The notes under the pieces: generated by a model
Databases searched by the model: none
What the model saw: the letters and a program-made list of their open reading frames with translations, nothing else
Told to the model about the DNA's origin: nothing
Shown: positions 38,501-49,346 of the stretch, in pieces
Layout of the letters: every line of letters begins with the position of its first letter
Position numbering within the stretch: position 1 is the stretch's first letter
DNA from: Priapulus caudatus
Taxonomy: Eukaryota
Assembly: GCF_000485595.1 (NCBI RefSeq)
Contig: NW_014577076.1
Coordinates: forward strand, 625,192-689,191
Length of the DNA stretch: 64,000 nucleotides
Direction of reading: 5' to 3'
Translations under genes and position numbers: made by a program

Positions 38501-41159
38501 TGAAGGTGAAGCAGTGTTTATTTTTGAGTAGTAATAGTTGGGTCATCTGAAGCAATTCCGTGACCGTTGAGAGCGAAGGTTCGTTTCTCAGTGGATTTGT
38601 CTTCTATGAAGGTTAACTAAAAAATTTAAATCCCAAAATCCAGAATGGCCGTCGTCTGCCATTAAAAATATTTATTTTTTTCGATGGTTTGGCCTACAGT
38701 GCTACTCAGTATATGGTTTCTGGGGTTTTTTGGGTCGGGAAATTCATATTTGATGTTGGTTTGATGATTTGATCTAGACTTGACCTTTAAATCCAAGATG
38801 GCCGCCAATTCACAGCGTAAAAAGGTCAATTTTTTAAATTCGTTGTAGTGTCTTCATAATAGGCTCTAATGAAAGCTCTCTTCATGTTGAGTTGAGTTAT
38901 CGACAGTAAAACTACAATAATGTACACAGAGACCATCTCAGAGGTCAAAAGGGCTACAGCGAATTCCTGGTAAAATGATGATTCATTGTTTCGCGGAAAC
39001 ACATATGCAGGATAGTGTCGCTCTATCCAGTTAAAATTATACCTAGAGTACATGCATAGGCTTGCATACACGTCTGAGAAAAATTCTTGAGCATGGAGAA
39101 ATATCAGAAGACATCAAGCTGAACCTTGACATTCTGCACAGTGCACTCACTGAGACCCAACAGGCTACATGAAGCGGACTATAATCTCCAGTATGATGAT
39201 GACATAAAAGAACTGATTAACAAAGTTTATGAGAAACCTGGCACAGACATGGAAGACTTCTGGGTCTCGTTCATGGAAATGACGCACCCTCTTGTTCAAA
39301 ATATTGATGCATGTCTTGCACGAAATGGCTCAAAGCACCTATCATCAATATACGACATGTTGGCTGGACTCATGGCATATGACAACCATGACTATGGGAG
39401 GTGGCTGCCAGATTATTGAGCGTTGTTGTCTTTGCTGTCATATGAGCAAATGGCCTTCTTCAACGATGACTTTGCGCAGTCGATGACAGGGCTACCCTAC
39501 TCTTGCCAACCACTGGACCTTTGGATAGAAACGACAATGAATCTAAACTCGAAGCTAAAACAAGGATGGCTTCAGCTACTGCAGAATGAGAAGCAACTGT
39601 TCTCAACAACAAGGAATGCAAACAATGTCGTGAGGGTGAAAACCACTATGAATCGGAATCTCTAGTGCCAGCGTCGCCATAGAAAGCATGTTGAGTGCCA
39701 ACCAGCAAGATTGAAAACGGATGAGCAGGCAGTTCAGGACCTGCGGGCATGCATGACAGTTTGAAGCTGCGTCATTTGATGAATCTACCCCAACACTGAG
39801 TTAACTACAGTCTGGCCTGGTCGCCTCACCGGAGCTTGTCCCTGACCTAAAGATGGCACTACCAGATGGTCAAACTCAGGCTGAAAACCTCCTGCAAGAG
39901 CAAGTGTTCACCAAGACCAAGCCTCTCACCGCAATCATTCATAGGAATAAGAGGCAGAATTTTGCAAGCGAGCAGATATGTGCCTTATCTGGTGCACCCA
40001 TGAAGGTGGCCCAGATGGAGAGGTCGGGGCTGGCGGCCCTGGTAGACCTTTCGGAGGAGTCAGGTATGATCAAACTTGAGTCAGCCCTTGAGGGGCGAGT
40101 GACTGATGAGTGCCTATCAATGTACAATGCAGATGAATTAATGCAATGCGCAAAACTAGTAAGAGCAAGTTGTTACAGCTGTTCAACCTAGACCTAGTTG
40201 CCGAAAAACCACGGAACCACGTCACGTCAGCCTCGTGGACATGGGGCTAATCTGGCGGTTAGCCACCCCTACACCCGAGGATCATGAGGCTAGGAAGAGG
40301 GATGGCTCAGAGTACCGCTGAAGTGACTACTTAGATACGATCTATGCAATCATCATCTCACACCACGCTGAGGCACGCCTCATCATCCTCGTCAATGACA
40401 CGTATGACCTTCCCTTCAGCATCAAGAATGATGAGCATGATCGACGGGCAGCAAAACATCCACACATCCCAAATGTTTTTCTTAAGCCCGAAGACATATT
40501 CCCAGGAGCTGTTGAGTTCAACAAAGTATTGGTCAATTCTGTAAACAAGGTCAGACTGCAGAAGCTTGTGATGGAACAGAAACCGAGAACTACACGGAAG
40601 CAGTTGTACTAGACAGCGAGGACACAGTCTAAGCAGCTAGTGTCTGGCATCAACTTCGAGGTGATCTGCTGATTAAACGCAAGCATGAGTTAATCAATTG
40701 CCATACCATGCTCTCAGAAGATGTTGCAAATATCATCATACCTCTCAATGTGATCACACATCAGGGTTCTATGGGCATGGGAAAAAGCTATTGTTGCAGA
40801 AGTTCATCAATGATCCCGAGGCAAGAGAGCTCCTAGAACGAGTGGGCGAGAGTCTGGAGTTGCGTGACGAAGTCAAAGCTGATATGAAAGCATTTGTCCT
40901 CACCAAAGTCTATGGTGAGAGTGCAAATGTTAGTTGCGGGCAGGCCAGAGCGTCCAAGTGGCACAAACTGAAGAAGAAGAGTATGGTCCGCCTCCCACCT
41001 GATGATGACACATTGAATCACCATGTGGAAAGGACGAACTACATCACATATTGCCAGCTCCATTACAACTTGCTAGAGCATCTTTCCCCCATTGGCCATG
41101 GTTGGGAAATCATGCATGGGAAGTGCCGACCAGTGCGCCACACTCTGCCACCAGGGCCG
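32545..41159 (+). repeat. Near-identical tandem duplication of about 4.3 kb (about 32545-36827 and 36838-41159)
   Basis: The copies are collinear with an offset of about 4.3 kb (e.g. 34209 vs 38535) and are joined by a 10-N gap. They differ by scattered substitutions, small indels and one inversion. Confidence 0.95.
34209..36827 (+). mobile_element. AcademX element, duplicate copy truncated at the N gap
   Basis: Same left TIR (TAA|TAGTTGGGTCATCTG) and same broken ORFs as 38535-42903. Ends just inside the same hAT insertion (CAGGGCCG then Ns). Confidence 0.88.
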
Positions 41160-42254
41160 GACGCGAATTTGCGATTCCCAAACCGTATAGCTTTGGAAGA
41201 AAAATTGAGCAACGTGATTGGCTAGAAAAATTTTAGGACACGCATTATTAGTCAACAAGCTAATATATTAAATTATAAGCTAATATTATAAAGAAATATA
41301 TTTAATTCAGAACATAAACAAATGTTTGCAAAAACAAAAAAATGCAGAAACAAATAAAATANNNNNNNNNNTACATAACGCAGAAGAAAATAAAAGCACC
41401 ATATGGCGTTCGAACGCGGTACCTTACGATCACGAAGTGAAAGGTCTAGCGTTGACCCACTGAGACAAACTTTAAACGTCTAGATATAGAAATCAGTTAA
41501 CCCTCACCCTAACCCTAACCCTAAACCTAACCCTAACCCTAATTCTAAAATAAAAACACATATGGAGTTCGAACGCGGTACCTTACGATCACGAAGCGTT
41601 TAGTATCTTCCTCAGTGGGTCAACGCCAGAGCGTTTTCGTAGATATAAAAATTAGTTAACCCTAACCCTAACCTTAACCCTAACCTTAACCATAACCCTA
41701 ACCCGAATCCTAACCCTAACCCGAATCCTAACCCTAACCCTAACCCTAACCCTAATTCTAAAATAAAACAAAATTAGCCAAAAATAATAAGAAATAAAAT
41801 AAATAAGCCCCTGTGCAAAATGCGCGATGGCGTGCGATAGTGGGCGTGTCCTAAACATTTTCTACCCAATCACGTTGCTCAATTTTTCTTCCATAGCTAT
41901 ACGGTTTGGGAATCGCAAATTTGCGGGCCGGACTGGGAAAATCATTCAGTCCGGGAAATATTTTGCCCCAGTCAGGCCACTTTTTAAGCGGGGGGGGGGA
42001 GGTGACGTCACTCCGCCCCACTTATAACATAGATAAATACAAACACATGTGTTTGTATATATCTATGCCTATAATAATATGGCTTACAGGCCGCATAGAA
42101 ATGGCCTGCGGGCCGCAGGTTTAATATATATATATATATAATATGGCCTGCAGGCCGCAGATTTATTTAAAAAAAATTTGGGGGGGGTCAGGCCACCTAG
42201 CAGACCAAGCCACCGGGAAAACTCCCGGTGCTCCCGATGGCCAGTCCGCCCCTG
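41152..42254. mobile_element. hAT MITE inserted in the Academ ORF
   Basis: Perfect 8-bp TSD TCTGCCAC (41144-41151 and 42255-42262). TIRs CAGGGCCGGAC[insert]TGG and CCAGTCCGCCCCTG. Confidence 0.92.
41163..41924. mobile_element. TIR element (MULE-like by its 9-bp direct repeat and G...C ends) carrying (CCCTAA)n and tRNA-like cassettes, inserted in the hAT left TIR
   Basis: About 81-bp TIRs (GCGAATTTGCGATTCCCAAACCGTATAGCT... and ...AGCTATACGGTTTGGGAATCGCAAATTTGC). GGGCCGGAC at 41154-41162 and 41925-41933. CCCTAA-type arrays at about 41498-41542 and 41658-41755. Confidence 0.85.
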
Positions 42255-43904
42255 TCTGCCACCCTTGCCCCACCAGCTCACACCTCGTAACTGTTCAGAG
42301 GATAGCAGCGATGAGAGCAGTAGCGATGAAGACAATGAGTTTGGAGAATCAACAGATTCGGATGAGGAATAGCAGTCTATTAGTTACGAATCATTGTTAA
42401 GTTGCAAATTCAGGGTAAATACATTGTACTTCCACAGAATAAAATGGATATATATATATCTTTTAACCTCTGAGATGAAGTTTGTGTAGTCTAAGTGTCG
42501 ACAACTCAACTCAACATGACGAGAGCTTTCATTAGAGCCTATTATGAAGACACTATGACGAATTTGAAAAATTGACATTTGTAAGCTGAAAATCTACAGC
42601 CATCTTGGATTTGAAGGTCAAGACTAGGTTAAATCATCAAACCGACATCAAATATGAATTTCTCGACCCAAAAAACCACAGTAACCAATATACTGAGAAG
42701 CACTGTAGGCCAAACCATTGAAAAATTTTTTTTTTAGTGCAGACGACGGCTATTTCGGATTTTAGGCTCTCATGGGTTATACCCACACTTTCGCGAGGGA
42801 CACCTCTGCTAAATTTTTTAATTAACCTTTATAGAAGACAAATCCACTGAGAAACGAACCTTTGCTCTTCACGGTCACGGAATTGCTCCAGATGACCCTA
42901 CTATAATGCGTAGGTTCAACACTGAAGTTATTTCTGCTGTCTTTCTCAGCACGTCTGCATCATTATAGCTGCAAGAGAAGGTCAATTTATAGGTCATTAG
43001 CGACGACACGTGTCTGCAGCTGTTGAACGGCGTGGATGCGTGCCAGTCAATTACACGAACAAGACAATTACCTGTTCCTCGGTAGTGCCATCAATTTCAA
43101 AAAGCTTACGCCTGATGATCCATCACGCTAACTCTTAACTCTCGGCACTCGCTCTGTCGGTTCGAGCGTGTGCCGAATAGCAAGTGAATCCTGCTGTTAT
43201 CAGGTCACGACACGTATCAGTCTTCCAGACCGCTAGGTTTATTGTATTTCTAAGTCACATTCAGCTGTTCGTGCTTTACGTAATCTTCTCAATGCAATTA
43301 TTATCCGGCGCAGCTATTGTGATCGGAGAAAAATTAAACGAAGCATCCAGAACAGATGAGAAAGTTGCATTTTCGAATGAGAATTTTCATATTTAGATTA
43401 TAGTTTATAAGTTGATGAGAGTTTCTAATACACCACGAGTTTGCGAAATATCGTCGCGGAGCAATTTAGTTAGAAAAATGAGCCATTTCACAAGCATAAA
43501 GTGGTAAATGTGAATCACCGCTGTTTTAGACGCATGAGCTAAGTTTATATTTATTTAAAAAATGACTCACCATTTGCTGTAAAAATGATAAATAATTACT
43601 GGTGATGATTGTGGGTAATAAATTAAAAAAGGACAAAGATTGAGTTTGTTTCATTCAGCGGTAAAACTTTATTTAGCCTGTTAGCCTTTATGTCATTAGC
43701 TTGCACGGTCGCGACTATACGCACGTAAATGACTCTACCATACTGATAATATAAAATGCATCTATGTAGTGTATTCATAGTGTTTCATGTAGATTCATTC
43801 CTGATCAATTGCTAATCTGTTAGATTTTACCATGTTATGACGGCGTTTTTCAATCAACGATTATCTTTGCATTTAAATTTAGTGATCGTTAGATTTATAG
43901 CGAA

Positions 43905-44518
43905 CATAATAGGAGAAGAGTATGACACCGTTTTAACAGCGTTTTGCATAGTTTTCAACTTGTAAATATTCTATCAATATGTGAATAAATATATATATAT
44001 AATAATATCTAATATATATATAATATCAAATAGTGTTCTATTGTCTATGACGGACGCTGGGGCATGTAAGGGATATGTATATGGCGATCGAATTGTATTC
44101 AGCGGTATGCGTTTCCAGCATGCTAAAGAAAAAATGTGTGATCACGGGAGCTAGCAGCTGATTTTAGCTGTGTGGCCATCGTGTCGCCTGGTGATAAGGA
44201 AGCGTAAAGCGAAGTGTGTTACTGTGGCTTACTAATTATCCCCAGCACGCCCCAGCGTTCGGCTCATAAGACATCGAATACTATGCCATAATAACACTTC
44301 TGGCCCGAAAACATGGCGTCCATTTGTGAAAACCTGGTCCGTATTCAAACAACTTTTTTTTGAAGGAACGATACGATTTTCAGGTAAAGTTGGTGGTGTC
44401 ATCTGATTGATATCATTGATATAGTTATATTCACCGATATTGGATAGAATATTGTACAAGTTGGAAACTTAATGCAAAAGCTGTTAAACGGTGTCATACT
44501 CATTCTCCATCTATTATG
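43905..44518. mobile_element. TIR element with CATAATAG...CTATTATG ends (P-like MITE) in noisy sequence
   Basis: About 90-bp degenerate inverted arms (CATAATAGGAGAAGAGTATGACACCG... and ...CGGTGTCATACTCATTCTCCATCTATTATG). A related copy starts at about 46695 with its interior in the opposite orientation. No TSD resolved. Confidence 0.6.
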
Positions 44519-47500
44519 TACTCTGCTTTGATATTATATACTACTATATATAGATTATAATTATATAAACTGTATAGTATATGTGCGGGTAGTTCGGGTA
44601 CACTCACCTTGTATAGTAATTGCAGAGACTAACTATATTTTTAGCATCGCGACGTGGAGTGAAGCTGATAGGATGATAGCGAATTAAGGCGCCTCTAGAT
44701 TACGGCCGCGGCCATGATTGTCTCATACTGATATAGGCATTTGTTATTCGTCGTGAAAGCTTGATGAAAGCTAGCCTTTTCCATTCTCACGATCATCTAT
44801 ATATTAGCAAGTTGAAAACTATCAAAACGCCGGTTTTTAACAGCGTTTTGCGTAAGTTGTTTCAATTGAAGACTAATATTATATCAGATTGCATATATAT
44901 TTAGTAATATTGATAGAGTAATCAGTATATCATTATCTTAGATATATATTATATACTATATATATTTATATAGCTGTCTGAGTATACCATTATTATATAT
45001 ATAAGACTTATAATATATTATATATTATATATATATATTGATAGTATATATAGATAATTATAGTATTAGTATACTTATATGATAGGTATTATAGTAATGT
45101 AACCTCGTTTTGTTCTGTTTTTCATACACTATTAAGTCGGCAATGAGATTGGATTGTCGACTTCGTCAGTGCCTAATTTTAGTATAGCCGCAGTCTCTAA
45201 TAAACAAGTGAATTAGGTAGTGATATACTGGTGAGCCGTGGTAGATGCTGCTAGATCAGGCGTTGTCATGGTGCACGCCCGGCGGCTGCTGGGCGCACAG
45301 TCACGGCGCACAGTATACTTGAACCGAGATAGGCAAACAATGTCTTCAGGCAGTGAAGAATTGATGCAAATTTTTTTGTAAATCCCAAAATACAAAGCTA
45401 TACGTAGTTGGGCATTGTGTCAATGCAAAGTCGTGCACGACTATGGGTATTGAATATACGAGACGGCATAGTGCTGTTAAGCATGTATTAGTACGGAAGT
45501 GAGTTAACAAATATCTGTATTCAGGGTGACAGTGTCAACTCGGACTTACAGTAGTCTTGATGTTACTATACGGCGATGCAAATCAATGTGTAAACACGTT
45601 CGCATGCTCGGGATGTATATACCTGCGCCTGGCGCAGAGGCTTTACATTAGATCGATCGTTAGTAATGAAAAGGCTGTTCTCAGTGTTTCACACGCATAA
45701 TCAATGCCGCCAATCAGTATAGAAGAATACTGCTGGCCGTAATCTAGAGCTGCCTTCCTATCATCCTATGCAGTTCAGCTCGACAGTCGCTCAATGCGCT
45801 AAAAACATAGTAGTCTCTAAAGGCCGCCAGGTTCGGCCACGATTTGACTATCGGCGACTACTTTAAGGCGGCCGATTAGCAGCTGTAAGCAACACTTGTC
45901 ATGTCGACTTGAGGTGATAGCGCTGCACATCGTGCGATCACATGCGTAGCGTTCTAAGAATGGAAGTAGACTGAAGGTTCGCGGCCAATATTTTGTACAG
46001 CGACAAACAGAGCAAGCTTGACTGCCGGACGCTAGTCCTACATAAATAACAATCTGTACGTGACCCTAACAAAATGGCGCTTACCTGTAAAGCATCATGT
46101 AACTTATCGTAGAACTCTATCTCAATTTCTGAACATGCGTTATAATCATGTGTGCAGAATTTTTTTTTATTGTATTATACGGGAAACTTGAATATAATTG
46201 TGAAGGAAGGGTTTGGTGCAATAATCCTCCTTGGTATAAGCGTGACGGTAGTGCGGTGTAGGCTTGCCATTTTTACATCAGCGTGACTTTTGATAATCAT
46301 GGTGACTTCGACACGCTTGCGGGTGATTGACTCCACTCACGTCATTTGTTCGCCGAAGCTGCGGCTCGCAGCCGCATAGAAAGTAGAAATTTCTATTTCC
46401 TGCGCTCGCAGTCCGCGACCCGTATTTTCCGATCGTAGAGAACTCATAGTGCGAGTTTTGGTCGCTCGAGTGTCTTTAATCGCAGGATTCTGGCCCGGTT
46501 TTTGGAGCGTAACGATATTCGAAATCTTGTCGCGACTAGTGTAAGGCGACATAGAGCGGGCTTAAGTCTAAGTACTCATACTAAGATGAGTGACGAAATA
46601 CGCGTCCAATTACTATTATATAGTTTTATATATACTATACTATATATATATATATAGTATATTATGATAATATAAGTACTTTTGATATATACTCCATAAT
46701 AGGAGGAAGAGTATGACAGTTTATTAACCGAGCGTTTTGGATAGTTTCACTTGGGAAATATTCCTATTTAATATGTGAATAAATATATTTAAAACTTTAG
46801 CTTGTTTTCGTATCTATGATTCTCAAAACACATATACACATCATCGACCACCAATTTACCTGAAAATCGTATGTGTTCTTAAAAAAGATCTTTGCAATAC
46901 GACACGAATTAACAGGCTTTTAACAAATGGACGCCATGTTTTCGGCCAAGATTTATGTATGGGATTATCAGTATTCTATGTCGTATGACTTGAATATAAT
47001 CTGAATGTCTTGTAGCGTGGGGGGCTTGTTGTTGGATTATAGGTAGCACAGTACGAGCACTTGTTCCTTTCCGCTTATATTCGGAACACGGATGGCAACA
47101 CAGCTAAAATCAGCTGCTAGCTCGCCGGTCATTGAGCACACATGTTATTTTTAGCGACCTGAAACGCTACACGCTGAATCCAATTCCCTGATCCGAATAG
47201 TCTTTACGGGACCCCCCGCGTCGTATAGATCATCGAACACTAATCATAATAAACCTCTTGGCGAATAACATGCGTCCATTTGTGATAAACTGATTGAGAA
47301 CGCGTTCGTTTCAAAGAACTTTTTGAAGAACACATGCGATTTTCAGGTAAATTAGTGTGTCATATGATTAAGAAGATCACACGTGAAACAAGGTAAAGTT
47401 TGAATATAATTGTAAACCTCACATATGATAGAATATATTACCATAGCTTGAAAACTTGCGAAAACGTGTGAAATACGGTGTGCATACGTCTTCCTATATT

Positions 47501-47570
47501 TACTCTGAGATATATATATATTATATATGATATATATATAATATATTATAGTATATATCGTAGTCGTTGT

Positions 47571-47988
47571 CAATGATGGGGGGCTCGGTTGTAATTTCGT
47601 AATCGATCATCGGTTGGACTCAAGTATAACCGATGATCTGATCGGTTACAATCGGTTACTCGGGGTGTTGAATGCCTGCGTGTGCGTAACGTCGTGTGCA
47701 TGTACGTGTGTGGATATATGTGCTTGTTTAGCCCTGTTTACTGTTTGTTTTGCACTGCATGGTTACTACTGTGTGTATAATACATGTATGTTAATAAAGG
47801 ATAACTTGTATAGTAGCGATGATATCTCTGATTCTCATCGCTTTTCCAAGTTTTCTTGTTCAAGTTTTACATTTATTTCGATTTTTTTTTTTACGATGAA
47901 ATTGATTATGGATTTTGATAACCAAGCACTTGGTTCGAGCCACTGTTCAACCGATGATCGAGTACAATCGATGATTGTGACATCACTA
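47571..47988. mobile_element. hAT(Ac)-like MITE
   Basis: Ends CAATGATG... and ...CATCACTA, subterminal inverted TCGATCATCGGTTG and CAACCGATGATCGA, and repeated CGGTT/AACCG motifs. No TSD. Confidence 0.55.
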
Positions 47989-49234
47989 ATATATATATAT
48001 TTATATTATATAAGCCTCGGCGGGCAGTACTTGGGCTGCTTCATTAACTAGTAGATGAAGCACAATTTGCGGTATTGTCGGATGCGGACTTGGCTAGCCA
48101 CGGCCAGTTTGGACCCCACTGTGCGACTAATGCACATGCAGTCACTCTCTGCGCTTGATTGCGCAGGACAATCGCTAATTATTTGTCAACTGCATGTAGA
48201 ATAACCTACTGCGTTCGTTGAATGTAGTTAGCGCGGCTGTAACATTCAGCTGCAATGTTAAGTTTGTGAGGCGACTAGACTGGACTAGTGGTGGACGTTA
48301 CCCTGTTCGTGCGGACCTCGTTTGGTATAGAGTGAATGCTATAGCTGAATATGAGAGCTGAAGGAAACGACACGAGGGGGACAGAATGCGGCTGATAGAG
48401 CGCAAACGTCGAGGAAACAGTGGGTAATAAACATCAAAACGTGAGGTTGAGAGGAGAAGGGGTGAGAGGGAGAAAGAGTGCGTGCGTGCGTGCGTGCGTG
48501 CGTGCGCGTGCGTGCGCGTGCGTGAGTGAGTGAGTGAGACTGAGACTGAGAATAAGGCGCACACGGAGCCTGAGGCTCCAGGTGTTAATGAGCAGGAGTT
48601 TACGCTTACGTGCTTACTGATATATTATTACGGTGCCGCCATGAATTACTGATGAATGTCTGGCTGCATTGCCTTACACTTCCCCCGAGACAAACGCAGT
48701 ACAGTGTGTTATAATCATTGAGGTCTGTGTGAAGTCTATTCCCGTGTAGTCTGTATCAGCTGCGGCGCGCGCATAGTTCGCTTTGTATGAGAAATTAAAT
48801 ATTGATGTGATCACTGCTTCGAACCATATATCTAATATTCGAATGCAAATTTCGTGCAAAAAAAGCCATTAGCAGCGCACAAAGGAAGTTTCGTTCTGTC
48901 GCGCGTGGTGCATGTCTCTCTCCCCCCTCTCTCTCTCTCAGCATGATCCCATTGAAAAGCGAGCGTAACCGTTGTTACTGGTGGCCGCTGGTGGTGCTAA
49001 GTGCTTCATTGCCTAATGAGTTTTGCAGCGTGTGTAGTCCTAATGTGTATGCATATTTCATGAATAGTCATTAATGACATGGCTGAACGTGAATCTAGCA
49101 GGTATGACGCATAGAGGTCAGAGGGCAGATGTGATTACGTGTCCTACCGTATGTGTCTCAATGTGTGAGGCGTCACAGCTGTCGTTGTCTGTACTTATGA
49201 GACGAGGTATCACAATGAGGGTACAGCGTGTGTA

Positions 49235-49346
<112 letters not shown>

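Larger units (their letters stand above)
39085..42372 (+). pseudogene. Academ transposase plus XPG/FEN1-like nuclease pseudogene, interrupted at 41152-42262
   Basis: Transposase-type motifs FWVSFMEM...LMAYDNHDYGRWLPDY and PLDLWIETTMN. PIN/XPG-like motifs VSLVDMG and YDLPFSIKNDEHDRRA, H3TH-like CDHTSGFYGHGKK, and LPPDDDTLNHHVERTNY...GHGW. Several stops and frameshifts; acidic tail ends at TAG 42370-42372. Confidence 0.88.
38535..42903 (+). mobile_element. Academ superfamily (AcademX-type) DNA transposon, internally deleted and decayed
   Basis: About 380-420-bp imperfect TIRs (38535 to about 38915 and about 42484-42903) with TAGT...ACTA termini and a 3-bp TAA TSD (38532-38534 and 42904-42906). 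Transposase and XPG-like coding remnants lie inside. Confidence 0.9.

Noticed and set aside
34799..41225. Duplicated operon-like cluster of small ORFs as a novel multi-gene system
   Set aside because: They are consecutive fragments of one broken Academ ORF, and the duplication is probably an assembly artefact.
41498..41755. True telomere or chromosome-fusion scar (also 15651-15680)
   Set aside because: The tracts are short, partly degenerate, in one orientation only and enclosed by TIRs.
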